Shown piece after piece: positions 37,212-50,300 of a stretch of 64,000 bases of DNA. The notes beneath the pieces were generated by a model. That model had not been told where the DNA came from. It worked only from the letters and a program-made list of their open reading frames with translations, and did not search any database. This DNA is from Macrostomum hystrix (lineage: Eukaryota; Animalia; Platyhelminthes): assembly GCA_950097015.1 (NCBI GenBank), contig CATNEN010000038.1:10850001-10914000 (forward strand). The letters run 5' to 3'. The first letter of the stretch is position 1, and each line of letters begins with the position of its first letter. The position numbers and the translations under genes were made by a program.

Positions 37212-38594
37212 ATGAAGATAAGACAGTCGCTGGTTGTTCCGCTGAATGGCCTGCCAGAAAGCCACATGGCGTCCATGGCGCTGTTTGATGGCATCTCGCC
37301 AGCGTCCGTGCTCTGCCAGCCACGACGGGACGCACCGACCTTCCGGCAGCATCTCGATGACCTCCAGGGCCCGCAAGCCTGGGGCAACATTGAGCAGCAA
37401 CATGCCGCGTTCTGCAGCGACATCCTTGATGTCACCCGCAGCAGGCTCCTCAACCGGGCGTTTGAATACGCCAATCGCCGACAGGAGCCGGACATCAACC
37501 CACTGCTTCCCTTAGCAGGGAACGACTATCGGCGTCCCTTACGAGGCTGATGGCATCGCGTGGCCCTGGAGCTCACCGAGGCTGCCCACCTTCAGGCCCT
37601 TCAACGTGAGCCCTACCCGCCACGGACTCCCGAGATCGGCTGCCTGACTGACAACCCAAGGATTGATTTCAACTAGACGCTCACCGCCTTGTGCGCCTGC
37701 AACCTCCCGATGAGCATCCATCGCGACCGGGGGCTGAATTTCCTTGCCGGTCTCCAACCGACGGATATAGACATCTGGACCGACGGGTCCGTCCGGGACG
37801 GCACCTCGGACGACTGGGGCGCTGCCGTCATCACCACCCGCCTGTGGGGCACCACCATCGCCGCTCCCGCCGGTCGGGTCGCATGCTCCTTCCGGGCGGA
37901 GATCTGCGCTATCCGGGCGGCCCTCGATTACATCAGACAGCTGACGCCGGACCACGGTGCGTCGATTCGCATCCACAGCGACTCGCTGGCGGCGCTGACA
38001 GCCCTCGAGCACGGCCCCTGCGAACAACGCTCGGCGGATAGCATCCTATGCTGGGTAACGCTGAGCGCCATTCAACACAGCTGCGAGTTCGTCTGGGTCC
38101 CGGCGCACTACGATATCCCGGGAAATGAGATGGCTGACCGCCGTGCCAACCACGCTCGCCTGGAACGCCAGCAGGACAGGCCAATCTCACTTCTAGCTGC
38201 CAAGGCGGCCCTCCGAGAGCCGCCCTCGACTTCGGGGTGCTGGGGCCGAGCTGGCGCAATACCCCAGGGCACCTCAACCGGGCCGAGACGGTCGCCATCA
38301 ACCAGCTCAGGGCGGGATGCTCTACGCTGGCTTCTTCCACCCGCCACTGCCTCGGCCTCACCGACGACCCGTTCTGCCGCGACTGTGGCAAGCTCGATAC
38401 GGAAGATCACATCCTCTTCGAGTGCCCACGCGGCGGCGTTATCCGTGTTCGCTACGCCAACTGGGACGAGGCTCTGAAACATCCTGAACAGATCCTCTCC
38501 CTTTTGCGCAGACTGGGGCGTCTCTGAGCGTCCCTCTACCTCCACCTCCACCTGCCTGAGCAGCTCTGATGACGGTTGAATCAGAAGAAGAAGA
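37212..38594 (+). mobile_element. 5'-truncated non-LTR retrotransposon with RNase H and CCHC knuckle (I-group/Ingi-like)
   Basis: IWTDGS..SFRAEICAI..IHSDS..WVPAHYDIPGNEMAD (RNase H). CRDCGKLDTEDHILFECP follows after a frameshift. (GAA)n tail. 10-bp TSD AGGATCTTCT at 37202-37211 and 38595-38604. Confidence 0.88.
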
Positions 38595-38800
38595 AGGATC
38601 TTCTGCACCGGCTGCGAGCAGTACGACTCTATGCGGATGACGTGGCCTCCGAGCTGGAATCGCCGACGGCGCAACAGGTCACTAGGACGGGACAGGTCGG
38701 CGCGGCGTTGGTGACTCGCTGATCGCCGATCTTGAACACAGTGCGCAGCAGGCCAGCGTACGCCGTGTGCTCAAGCTTCAGTCACTGCCATGCGCTCAAG
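38595..38800 (-). mobile_element. RTE-like LINE C-terminal fragment
   Basis: LSRPSDLLRRRRFQLGGHVIR resembles the RTE-clade RRRL.W.GHV.R motif. Confidence 0.55.
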
Positions 38801-39179
38801 CGTCATTCTTGAGAAAATGCAATCGGGTGCTAGAAATATCATGGTGCAGTGGGACTTAGAGAATGCATAAAGTTCTGAAAATTTGACCATAGACTAGTAA
38901 CACATAGTGCTTTTAGAGCCCGAATTTTCAATTGATTTGATAAGTCAAAGGCAACATTGTCAAAAATCAGTCTTTAGGATAATGTAATCGTCTATGGTTA
39001 AAGCATGAGCACATTCCATTTATTTCTTCACTTAAACTTCAGGATAATGATTTCGAACTCGGGATAATGGATGCCTATTTTTAGAACAAAACAGCAAACA
39101 CCAACAACAAAAGAGCGCTATGGAAAGTTAATAGTGCAGTATCAATATGGCGCAATTGTCAACATAGTGCCCAAGACCA

Positions 39180-40724
39180 TTACAGATTGCAATTGTTGAA
39201 AGTGCAGTTGTTCATAATAAAGATACTCCGACCGTTCATCTGACGACCATCAGACACGCTCACTGCTTCTTGCACGATGGAGCTCTGGATGCTGATGTCA
39301 GCAGGCATTGTTACTTGACCGTGGATCGCGGCGCTTTGTCCCATGTTCAACGCACGCGACACTGCATCGCTGCATTTTTGCAGGGACTTGTCCCGTTTAA
39401 CTGCCAGGTAGCGCCGGACCGTGCTCTCGGACTTTTGACCCGTGATAGCCATGATCTCGCTCATCGAATGCCCAGCCGATTCCAGGTCACACACTCTGGT
39501 AACTCTAGAACAATTGAGCGATTGAACTGTAAATTAGACTCAATCAGACACAAGTTGAAAACATCACATGCACTTCCCCGACCAACTGACTCACCGAATG
39601 CTGTGATTGGTGTATTCCTTAGACAGCTTCGCTTTTTTGCTCAGCGCTTTCATGAAAGTCCTCAGGTAATTTATTCCTCGTTTCTGCTTCGAGCAAAATC
39701 GTCTGGTGCCTCCTGCATTCTTCAGTGGCCTGGGAAACAGTGAGTCGTTCTTCGTCTCCGTTGGTAATATAGCCATGTAGTCGTCCACAATTCCAACATC
39801 GTAGATTCTCGCCTGCTTTACGTCGATGTCACGCTTGGCTCGATTGGGATCGGCAGACTTGTTTTTGGAATTCAGTACAGGCAATGCGTAGTACGGTCTT
39901 CCATCCGAGTCTTCGCGCTTCACCAACCACTTCTTGGATTCAATCGACTCCAGATGTTCCCTTCCTCGTTCTCCTAGGCCGTACATAACGCGAAATAGAA
40001 ACTCATCCTGAGTGGTCTCTGCACTTGATCTGTCGAAATACGTCCGTAGCTTCTCCATATCACCCTCCTCGATTGGCGGATATGATCGAACCTGACCGCC
40101 GGAGTTGTGCCATTCCCTGACTTTCATTCGGAGCATTCTATTCGCTAGGACGAATTCCTCACCATCGATAATGTTGATCGTTAATCCAGCCACCATAGTC
40201 AGAAAGCGCTGTATCCCGGCGCGGATGCACACAAGACTTGCAGGCGAGTATGGACCGCCATCATGGCGACGTAATTGGTAGTAGTAATACCTAAGAAACT
40301 CACACATCTCAACACGACTCAATTCATGAACAGCAGCTCCATGTTCCCGAAGGAACTGCACAAAACTGTTACCATGAGCAATCATCTGCTCACGCGTCTT
40401 GGTTGGTAGGCTCACTATTTCATCTTTCGTCATTGCCTCTTGCATATCCAAAGGAACTAGTTTCGGCTCAGTTTCATTCTCTCCATCCTCTTCAGCTGCA
40501 GCATCATCCTCGGCCGGTAGCAGAGGCAAATCATCAGATTGATCGGTATCAGTATCACCGCTCTCAATAAAGTGCAAGAAGTTCAAGAAGTCTTCGTTAT
40601 CCTTCATGTCCTTCTGAGATGTGGAAAGTCTTGAGATCCAATTGAGTTCGCTACTAGATACGTTGGCTAAACTTTCGACAGGCAGATTGCCCCAGTTAAT
40701 CGGATATGACGTCCGGTTCTCCAT
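39180..40724 (-). CDS. Tyrosine recombinase, Crypton/DUF3504 (ZMYM/KCTD1-related) type. Exons 40724-39595 and 39504-39180 (484 aa).
   Basis: YSPASLVCIRAGIQRFL, GERGRE (catalytic R), SKN (K), YTNHSIR (HxxR, split by a phase-2 GT-AG intron), ITGQKS..VRRY (Y nucleophile) and C-terminal NNCTFNNC. No stops after splicing. Confidence 0.88.
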
Positions 40725-40924
40725 GGTCAAGCGATTGTAGCTATTTACGTTTTATTCTCTCCTTTCTCTCTCTTCCTTTCCACCCTCTTAAGCCCCGGCC
40801 TGTTTGCAACTTCGTTGTCTATGGCCCAAACTCCAGTAAACCACGTCAGTCTTTTTGTCTGTCTCTCCTCGGTAACCCCTCTCTCCTTTCGATGCCCTTT
40901 TTGTCTATGGCCCCACTGAAATTC

Positions 40925-41047
40925 GACAATGCGGTTATTCGTAAGTGAGACTTTAGGATAATAGTCCTATGCTCACTCGTGCGCTGCGCGCACTCATGAG
41001 CCGGACTATTATCCTAAAGTCTCACTTACGAATAACATTCCATTGTC
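40925..41047. repeat. Long hairpin/palindrome with perfect 34-bp arms (40934-40967, 41003-41036)
   Basis: GTTATTCGTAAGTGAGACTTTAGGATAATAGTCC...GGACTATTATCCTAAAGTCTCACTTACGAATAAC. Inner GCTCA/TGAGC and GTGCGC/GCGCAC stems, outer GACAATG/CATTGTC. Confidence 0.95.
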
Positions 41048-41073
41048 TGCATACTCCAAATGATTGCATTTAG

Positions 41074-43256
41074 GTCGAACGCACTGCTACAGCACACATT
41101 CCTTCAGGCTCCGGTTGTGCTGGATGACGACCATGAAGGAGGCATCCGTCTGAAGAGGAGCTGGCAGGATGCCATTCTGCCAGCCTTTTCCAGGCAGATC
41201 CCCTGCGCACTGTGCATCAGGCGGAGCCGAATCGATTCCCGGGGCGTTGTCTCGGCAGATGTATACTGTCGGCACGAGGACTGCCGCGTTCCGTTCAAGC
41301 TGGAATCTGTGTGGAGGCTTTTGTGGAGTCTGAGAGCAATGGCACCGTTGCACCCACACCCATGTACTGAGTCCAGGCCGCTGCGCGGTGATCGACGGCA
41401 AGAGTTAGCACAGCGAGTTAGGCAATCGAGTGCGTACCGGGTGACAGCGCAGCTGGCCGCCGAGTCTATGGACGCGGAAGTTCCAACTAGTTGCGCTCTA
41501 CGGGTGGCTGCTGCGCGGCAGAGGCTGCATCACCTGTGCTGGAGTTGTCCAGCTCCCAAGTGGAATTTGTTCCTCCATATGTGCGAGGAATTTTTCTATC
41601 CTGGCCGGGCCAGTCCGAGCCCACCTATGTGACACTGTGGCACGACCAGGGCATCGAACTGCTGAGGACCCTTCACCGATGGCGAATGCCTATCCGTCTT
41701 GGAGTGGATAGCACTGGCGCTCCAATCCACCGCATCAGGGGTGCTGAGGCAAAGCCACTTTACTACCATGCACTGGTTCTCATTCATCCGGTAAGCTTTG
41801 CGCACAAAGATGAGACACAGATGCCAAAACTATAGATTTGGTTGCCACAATCAGAAAAAATTATTGTTTTGCATAAATGTATATCGCAACCCACAGAAAC
41901 CAGGTGAGCCCTGTGTTGCCGTGCTAGAGTTACTGTCCTCCTCCCAGACGGCCGTGACGCTTCGCATCGTTCTTGATGGCTGGTTCACAGAGGTGCAGAA
42001 GAGGGTCTCTGGGATCAGCGTCGAGCAGATTGTGATGGATTTCAATCTTCCTACTCTCCGAGCGGCAACTCATACTTTTCACGGGCTTGATCTGGTGGGA
42101 TACCTGCAGCTCTGCTGGCGCATACTGCACCACGAATACCCGGCAGAGATGCTGCGTCGCTTCACCGCCATCGGTCTAGGTCGCAGTCACGTGGTCAATG
42201 AAGTCCGACGGTGGCGCGAGGTGGCTGCAGCATCTCATAGCGTCCGGGTCTTTTGGCTGTGCAGCCTAGGCGCCATCATTCGTTGTCAAGATCTTCAGGA
42301 GCAGCTGCGTCTGGTGCGGGCTCTTTTCTCCGTTTTGTTGGTTGAGAGACTTGACGTTCTGCATCAGCATTTTGGAACGGAGCTGGAGACGCTCAACAGT
42401 GCTGTAACCGGTCAGGAGATGGTCGAGGAGAATCCGGTGGAGCCAGAGGCCGGAGAGCCATCAGGCGATTGTGCTGCTGTCTGGGACATCACCCTGCGTC
42501 GAAGTTCGCCGTTTTGGGTTGCCTGCAGTCGGCTTCAATGGGAGGTGTCAGACAGGATCGCACAGCTTGAGATGACTACGCAGGCACCTTTCAACATCAC
42601 TGACGTGACTAGGCAGGCGACCAACCAGCTGCGGTGCCCGGCTTTGGCGGAGAGGCTGCTTGACAGTCTTCTTGTGTGGCTGCCCTGTCGGCTTGACGCA
42701 CGAGGCCGCCAACAAGGTTTATGTCGTGAACAAGAGAAGAAAGAAGGCACCCACGGCTTACACTTAACCAAGGAGCATTCCCCCACCCATCTCCGGAGCG
42801 CGACAACGAGGCATAGTACCTCTACGCAACCATGGCCAAATCACTGGAGTTCCCTATGATGGGCGGCGTGTGACAGTGACAGTCTCAAATGGATGCTCTG
42901 TGGACTGCTTCCTGCAGGCACTCAGCTACGCGTACAGGAATCGGCCTGCATTTCATGAGGCCACTCGAGGTGCCCCGGACTCTTGTCAACCTTTGCGGGA
43001 CTTCCTGGAGCATATGGATGCAGCAGCCACGGAGAAGGAGGCAGCATGCGCTAGGGCTCGTTTACTCCTACGCACGCCAGCTGTCTGGGCTGCTGGTAAC
43101 TGCCTGCTGCCAGCACCGAACGGCTCAGTGCGCGCCAATCTTTATGCATCTGAGGTAGACATGGCTAGCTACATTCTGGGACCTGCCATCGCTTTTGACC
43201 GACTGTCATTGTCGTCATTGTCATTGTCGGCTCTAAGGTCGTCGAGCACAGCGTAG
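41074..43256 (+). pseudogene. Decayed NOF/MULE-like DDE transposase with C-terminal cysteine-protease-like segment
   Basis: LGVDSTG..PLYYHALV, intron 41791-41896, then VLELLS..IVMDFN..GLGRSH (CxxH position), LRRSSPF, NQLRCPAL..LLVWLP, then SNGCSVDCFLQAL. Frameshifts at ~41530 and ~42860. No clear third catalytic Glu. Confidence 0.65.
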
Positions 43257-44686
43257 CTTGACGGGAGGATATCACACCGCGCATGTGGAGCTCCTTCGAG
43301 GTGATCTAAAAAACACCAGCCACAAGCGACTTGTTGACTAAGAGATAATGTGCATTATCTTTAGGAGTAGGTCAACTTATAATTTACGATTTAAATTTAA
43401 AAAAATCTGACACTTGTCACACACTCATACAAATACACATACTCACAAGGTGCGCGTTCGTGTGAAGTAGCACGAGTAACTCGATACAGTGAAACGATTA
43501 GATTAGAGGACAACTTTTCTGACTGGGTGCTAAGGTCCACGAGGTCTTTGCGGTGTTATTGAAAGGTCCTTGCTATGTGCCCGCACGAATTTTTTAAAAA
43601 CTATTTCATTCTAAACAGTGAGTGACCGTGTTACACGTGCTTTTTGCTATAAACTGCAAGCAAAGAAATCTAGGTTAATAAAAATGTACGCACCTTCAAA
43701 GTAACGTCTTGTTATAAATATAATTGCGTCTCAAAATATTTCAAAGGAGAATCCGTTTTTCTTCTATGAAACCACCCAATCAGGTATTTTTCATCAATTT
43801 TGTGCAGCGCTTTTCTTCTCGACGACAGCTTGCCCTTGATCAATGTTTTTATACTCGTTTTGAATTCGGGCCTCTAATTTATTAATTAATAATATAAAGG
43901 TCCTGAACCCAAGGCTGAGGCTATAATGTTATCCAATTGCAACTGATGTGTATGCCTGTCAAACTATAAATCTACTCTAATTTACTCGATGGCAATTAAA
44001 GCCTTAAACTGATGTCTCATGTCTTCACTCACCCTTTCGACGCCTACCCTGTTGCACGCCTAAATAAACTAATTAGTTTAAAAACAAAGAAAAAAGTTAA
44101 AAAATATATTTGCCTGTTTTGAAAAAGATTTATTTATATTAGCTAAATTCCCTAAATAGGCCTAGTTGCGGACTTGCAGCAACATGTTGTGATGTTGATG
44201 TTCAGTTATTTACTAGGCCCCTTAGGCCTTTGCTTAAAATCACTGTGAAATCTTATTTCATTTTACACTCACATTTATTTCCCATATTTTAGCTGTAAAA
44301 TAAAATCTGCCTTCTCTTGAGTCTGGACTATGTAGCAGCCTAAACACTACAATGGACCCAAATGGATCATGGCATCATACATAAGAAATTAAATATATTA
44401 TAATTTCCATAATGTATTTAAATATTTTGGTATGATGGTATTGTCTTATTGTTATTATAATATTTTAGCAGTGTAAAAATCTAAGATGAGTAATTATAAA
44501 TATGTTGGTAAACTTACTAATTTAGTCATTAGCTAGTTAAAGAAAACTTGAAATATTTTTGCTATGGTACATTTAATTAATAGTTTCTAACTTCTAGTTT
44601 TTAGATACATTTAGAATAGAATAGGCCTATAGAATAGCTTGCTCTCTGGTATAATAGTATCATTTGTATACTAGTATAAATAAAAA

Positions 44687-45990
44687 CGAAGAGCTTGCGT
44701 GCACAGCTGCCGTTTGCCCAAAGCCATACTTGTGTGCACGGCTGCTGTTCGCCCAAAGCCATACTTGCGTGCACGGCTGCCGTTCGCCCAAAGCCATACT
44801 TGTGTGCACGGTCAACATGCAGACATGTGACCATCTGCACTACATGCTTGACTTACTTATTAGCTCATATCACTGAAATGAGTGCATGCATATAAATGTG
44901 ATTCGAAGCACTATGTACATACATGCACCACATATCTGCTTATATTTTTGTCTTATTCCTACGTTCATAGGACAGCTATCTCGTCAGTGTGCCATGCGGA
45001 TAAGCAGGAAATTATTCCCACGGTACCGTAGGAATAAGACAAAAATAATTTCTACGGTACCGTGGGGATAAGCACTGCCTTCAGACAATTGCAAATAAGG
45101 AGAACGTGGTGAGGAGGGAGGTTGCCTCCCTCCCTTGTAGTGTATCATACATGCGCAACACCCGGCCGACCCGGCCGAACCGGCCGGGTGAAACAAGGGC
45201 CAAGCAAGGTAAGTCGCAAAAACCAATAGACCAAGCGCAAAAAAATCAAAGGGGGGACCAAGGGACAAAAAAGGAAGGCGTGAAGAAAAGGAAAAAGGGG
45301 AGAGAAAAAGAGAGCAAATGAGAGCAAACTAAGTCGTAAATAGAGCAATGAAATGAACTAAGTCGCAAATGAGAGCAAAAACTAAGTCGCACGGCCGGCT
45401 AAGATTTAGGAGGTTGCGCATGTATGTAGTGTATGCTACAAGCAGGGACCACTAGATGGTGAATTTGGAGTTGAATGAATAAATCATAAACATATGCATA
45501 TCATGCATCGACTTTCCGTACACGTATACACGCACTGTTCATACACAAACACTGCCACAAAGTCAGGGACGTGACAAATCCTTTGAAGCAAATTTTCCTG
45601 GGTTTTTGGGAATGCATATGCTCATGTACATTACGTGTATGTTACACTACGCACACACATCACATACATTACATGTACATGTATAAGTAGTACGTGACTG
45701 CGACTCTGATCTCAAAGAACTACATTGTACACTTCACTTTGCATGCAATTGGAATTGAACAAGCATATCATTTGAGATATGTGGTGCATGTATGTACATA
45801 GTGCTTCGAATCACATTTATATGCATGCACTCATTTCAGTGATACAAGCTAATAAGTAAGTCAAGCATGTAGTGCAGATGGTCACATGTCTGCATGTTGA
45901 CCGTGCACACAAGTATGGCTTTGAGTGAACGGCTGCCGTGCATGCAAGTATGGCTTTGGGCGAACGGCAGCCGTGCATGCAAGCTCTTCG
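44687..45990. mobile_element. Non-autonomous foldback/MULE-type element with ~215-250-bp TIRs
   Basis: CGAAGAGCTTGC..CACCACATATCT is the reverse complement of AGATATGTGGTG..GCAAGCTCTTCG. 9-bp flanks AAATAAAAA / AAATTAAAA (1 mismatch). Confidence 0.85.
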
Positions 45991-46274
45991 AAATTAAAAA
46001 GCTAGCAACATTTTTATATATGTTTGCATGTATATAATCAAACCTTAGTATTATTATCAAAAATGTCACTTTATTACTGTTAAATTTGGTTTTTACTGAT
46101 AGTAATTTATTGAGTTTACTGTGTAGATTTCAGTTTTTTTAATTGTGGTAGAAGCTTATTTTGTAACTTATCTAGATTAAAAGTGTACTTGTTAATTGTT
46201 AATTTCAGATATTGCTTAGAAAGACAACTAAGTGTCAAATTCCTACCTGAGAAAATTATAAAAAACTCATTAGC

Positions 46275-47219
46275 ATGCAACCAGCCTCTCCAAATGCCAA
46301 TGGCAGTCCAGACAGAGACAAGCAACAGCAGCAGCAGCATGAGCGCGTGGCCATCCTTGATGCCGGCGCTCAATTCGGCAAAGTGATTGATCGACGAATT
46401 CGTGAATTATGCGTACTAAGCGAACTGTTGCCAATGGAGACTTCTGTGGACAGACTCAAATCTGGCGGTTATCGAGCCATTGTGGTGTCCGGCGGCCCTG
46501 GCTCCGTGAATGACCAGGATGCGCCGGCCTATGATCAGAGGCTGTTTGACTGCGGCTTGCCCGTGCTGGGCATCTGCTACGGCATGCAACTGCTTAACAA
46601 GTAGGCTTTTTGAAGCTTAGAATATGGAGGGATTGCCTTGAGTAATGGATTCCCTTAAATTTTGTATATTTTGTGAGTCCCTGAAACAAGAGATTGTGGC
46701 AATCCCATTTAATAAGGGATTCTTGGGGTTTCCAAAAAACAAGAGACACCGCGTGAGAGATTATAATGAACAATAGCTTCGAGGGAATCTTCAATGAGGG
46801 TATTGTGACGGAATCCCACATTAATAAATAATATATAAAGTCTAACCCAACCCCTCAGACACCTTGGCGGCGAAGTGTCCCGGGCCGATTCGCGCGAAGA
46901 CGGCCAGTTCCCGGTGCAGCTGGAGCTGTCCTGTCGCCTGTTCCGCGGTATGCAGCCCACCGAGGAGGCCCTCCTAACCCACGGCGATCACGTGAGTCGC
47001 GTTGCGCCCAGTCTTGATATTGTCGGTCGCTCCGACGGCATGGTGGTTGCCATAGCAACCAAGGAGTCCTCAGGTCGTCGCCTCTACGGTGTTCAATTTC
47101 ATCCGGAGGTGGACCTGACGCCGAATGGTGGCTGCGTGTTTCGCAACTTTCTTTTCGATATCGCTGGTCTGAAGGGCGATTATAAGATGGACGAACGCGA
47201 AGGCTCCTGCCTCAAGTGA
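46275..47219 (+). CDS. GMPS: Duplicated GMP synthase exons 1-2 (glutamine amidotransferase domain). Exons 46275-46600 and 46859-47215.
   Basis: ILDAGAQ, SGGPGSV, PVLGICYGMQ, GVQFHPEV. Apparently identical to the downstream copy. Confidence 0.75.
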
Positions 47220-47355
47220 GTTAGCTATACCTAACCTAGTGTCATTCTCCCAGATCCTCATTTTCCCAGATCCTCAGATAGAGTCTCTCATTCTCTTAGA
47301 TCCTACTTTTGAGTCTGTAATTCTTCCAGATCCTCATTTTGAGTCTTCCATTTTG

Positions 47356-50300
47356 AAGAAGGCACCCACGGCTTACACTTAACCAAGGAGCATTCCCCCA
47401 CCCATCTCCGGAGCGCGACAACGAGGCATAGTACCTCTACGCAACCATGGCCAAATCACTGGAGTTCCCTATGATGGGCGGCGTGTGACAGTGACAGTCT
47501 CAAATGGATGCTCTGTGGACTGCTTCCTTCCTACGCGTACAGGAATCGGCCTGCATTTCATGAGGCCACTCGAGGTGCCCCGGACTCTTGTCAACCTTTG
47601 CGGGACTTCCTGGAGCATATGGATGCAGCAGCCACGGAGAAGGAGGCAGCATGCGCTAGGGCTCGTTTACTCCTACGCACGCCAGCTGTCTGGGCTGCTG
47701 GTAACTGCCTGCTGCCAGCACCGAACGGCTCAGTGCGCGCCAATCTTTATGCATCTGAGGTAGACATGGCTAGCTACATTCTGGGACCTGCCATCGCTTT
47801 TGACCGACTGTCATTGTCGTCATTGTCATTGTCGGCTCTAAGGTCGTCGAGCACAGCGTAGCTTGACGGGAGGATATCACACCGCGCATGTGGAGCTCCT
47901 TCGAGGTGATCTAAAAAACACCAGCCACAAGCGACTTGTTGACTAAGAGATAATGTGCATTATCTTTAGGAGTAGGTCAACTTATAATTTACGATTTAAA
48001 TTTAAAAAAATCTGACACTTGTCACACACTCATACAAATACACATACTCACAAGGTGCGCGTTCGTGTGAAGTAGCACGAGTAACTCGATACAGTGAAAC
48101 GATTAGATTAGAGGACAACTTTTCTGACTGGGTGCTAAGGTCCACGAGGTCTTTGCGGTGTTATTGAAAGGTCCTTGCTATGTGCCCGCACGAATTTTTT
48201 AAAAACTATTTCATTCTAAACAGTGAGTGACCGTGTTACACGTGCTTTTTGCTATAAACTGCAAGCAAAGAAATCTAGGTTAATAAAAATGTACGCACCT
48301 TCAAAGTAACGTCTTGTTATAAATATAATTGCGTCTCAAAATATTTCAAAGGAGAATCCGTTTTTCTTCTATGAAACCACCCAATCAGGTATTTTTCATC
48401 AATTTTGTGCAGCGCTTTTCTTCTCGACGACAGCTTGCCCTTGATCAATGTTTTTATACTCGTTTTGAATTCGGGCCTCTAATTTATTAATTAATAATAT
48501 AAAGGTCCTGAACCCAAGGCTGAGGCTATAATGTTATCCAATTGCAACTGATGTGTATGCCTGTCAAACTATAAATCTACTCTAATTTACTCGATGGCAA
48601 TTAAAGCCTTAAACTGATGTCTCATGTCTTCACTCACCCTTTCGACGCCTACCCTGTTGCACGCCTAAATAAACTAATTAGTTTAAAAACAAAGAAAAAA
48701 GTTAAAAAATATATTTGCCTGTTTTGAAAAAGATTTATTTATATTAGCTAAATTCCCTAAATAGGCCTAGTTGCGGACTTGCAGCAACATGTTGTGATGT
48801 TGATGTTCAGTTATTTACTAGGCCCCTTAGGCCTTTGCTTAAAATCACTGTGAAATCTTATTTCATTTTACACTCACATTTATTTCCCATATTTTAGCTG
48901 TAAAATAAAATCTGCCTTCTCTTGAGTCTGGACTATGTAGCAGCCTAAACACTACAATGGACCCAAATGGATCATGGCATCATACATAAGAAATTAAATA
49001 TATTATAATTTCCATAATGTATTTAAATATTTTGGTATGATGGTATTGTCTTATTGTTATTATAATATTTTAGCAGTGTAAAAATCTAAGATGAGTAATT
49101 ATAAATATGTTGGTAAACTTACTAATTTAGTCATTAGCTAGTTAAAGAAAACTTGAAATATTTTTGCTATGGTACATTTAATTAATAGTTTCTAACTTCT
49201 AGTTTTTAGATACATTTAGAATAGAATAGGCCTATAGAATAGCTTGCTCTCTGGTATAATAGTATCATTTGTATACTAGTATAAATAAAAACGAAGAGCT
49301 TGCGTGCACAGCTGCCGTTTGCCCAAAGCCATACTTGTGTGCACGGCTGCTGTTCGCCCAAAGCCATACTTGCGTGCACGGCTGCCGTTCGCCCAAAGCC
49401 ATACTTGTGTGCACGGTCAACATGCAGACATGTGACCATCTGCACTACATGCTTGACTTACTTATTAGCTCATATCACTGAAATGAGTGCATGCATATAA
49501 ATGTGATTCGAAGCACTATGTACATACATGCACCACATATCTGCTTATATTTTTGTCTTATTCCTACGTTCATAGGACAGCTATCTCGTCAGTGTGCCAT
49601 GCGGATAAGCAGGAAATTATTCCCACGGTACCGTAGGAATAAGACAAAAATAATTTCTACGGTACCGTGGGGATAAGCACTGCCTTCAGACAATTGCAAA
49701 TAAGGAGAACGTGGTGAGGAGGGAGGTTGCCTCCCTCCCTTGTAGTGTATCATACATGCGCAACACCCGGCCGACCCGGCCGAACCGGCCGGGTGAAACA
49801 AGGGCCAAGCAAGGTAAGTCGCAAAAACCAATAGACCAAGCGCAAAAAAATCAAAGGGGGGACCAAGGGACAAAAAAGGAAGGCGTGAAGAAAAGGAAAA
49901 AGGGGAGAGAAAAAGAGAGCAAATGAGAGCAAACTAAGTCGTAAATAGAGCAATGAAATGAACTAAGTCGCAAATGAGAGCAAAAACTAAGTCGCACGGC
50001 CGGCTAAGATTTAGGAGGTTGCGCATGTATGTAGTGTATGCTACAAGCAGGGACCACTAGATGGTGAATTTGGAGTTGAATGAATAAATCATAAACATAT
50101 GCATATCATGCATCGACTTTCCGTACACGTATACACGCACTGTTCATACACAAACACTGCCACAAAGTCAGGGACGTGACAAATCCTTTGAAGCAAATTT
50201 TCCTGGGTTTTTGGGAATGCATATGCTCATGTACATTACGTGTATGTTACACTACGCACACACATCACATACATTACATGTACATGTATAAGTAGTACGT

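Larger units (their letters stand above)
42741..47346 (+). repeat. Segmental tandem duplication, copy 1 (4.6 kb)
   Basis: Near-identical to 47356-51951. Offset is 4615, then 4605 after a net 10-bp indel at ~42910/47525. Confidence 0.97.
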
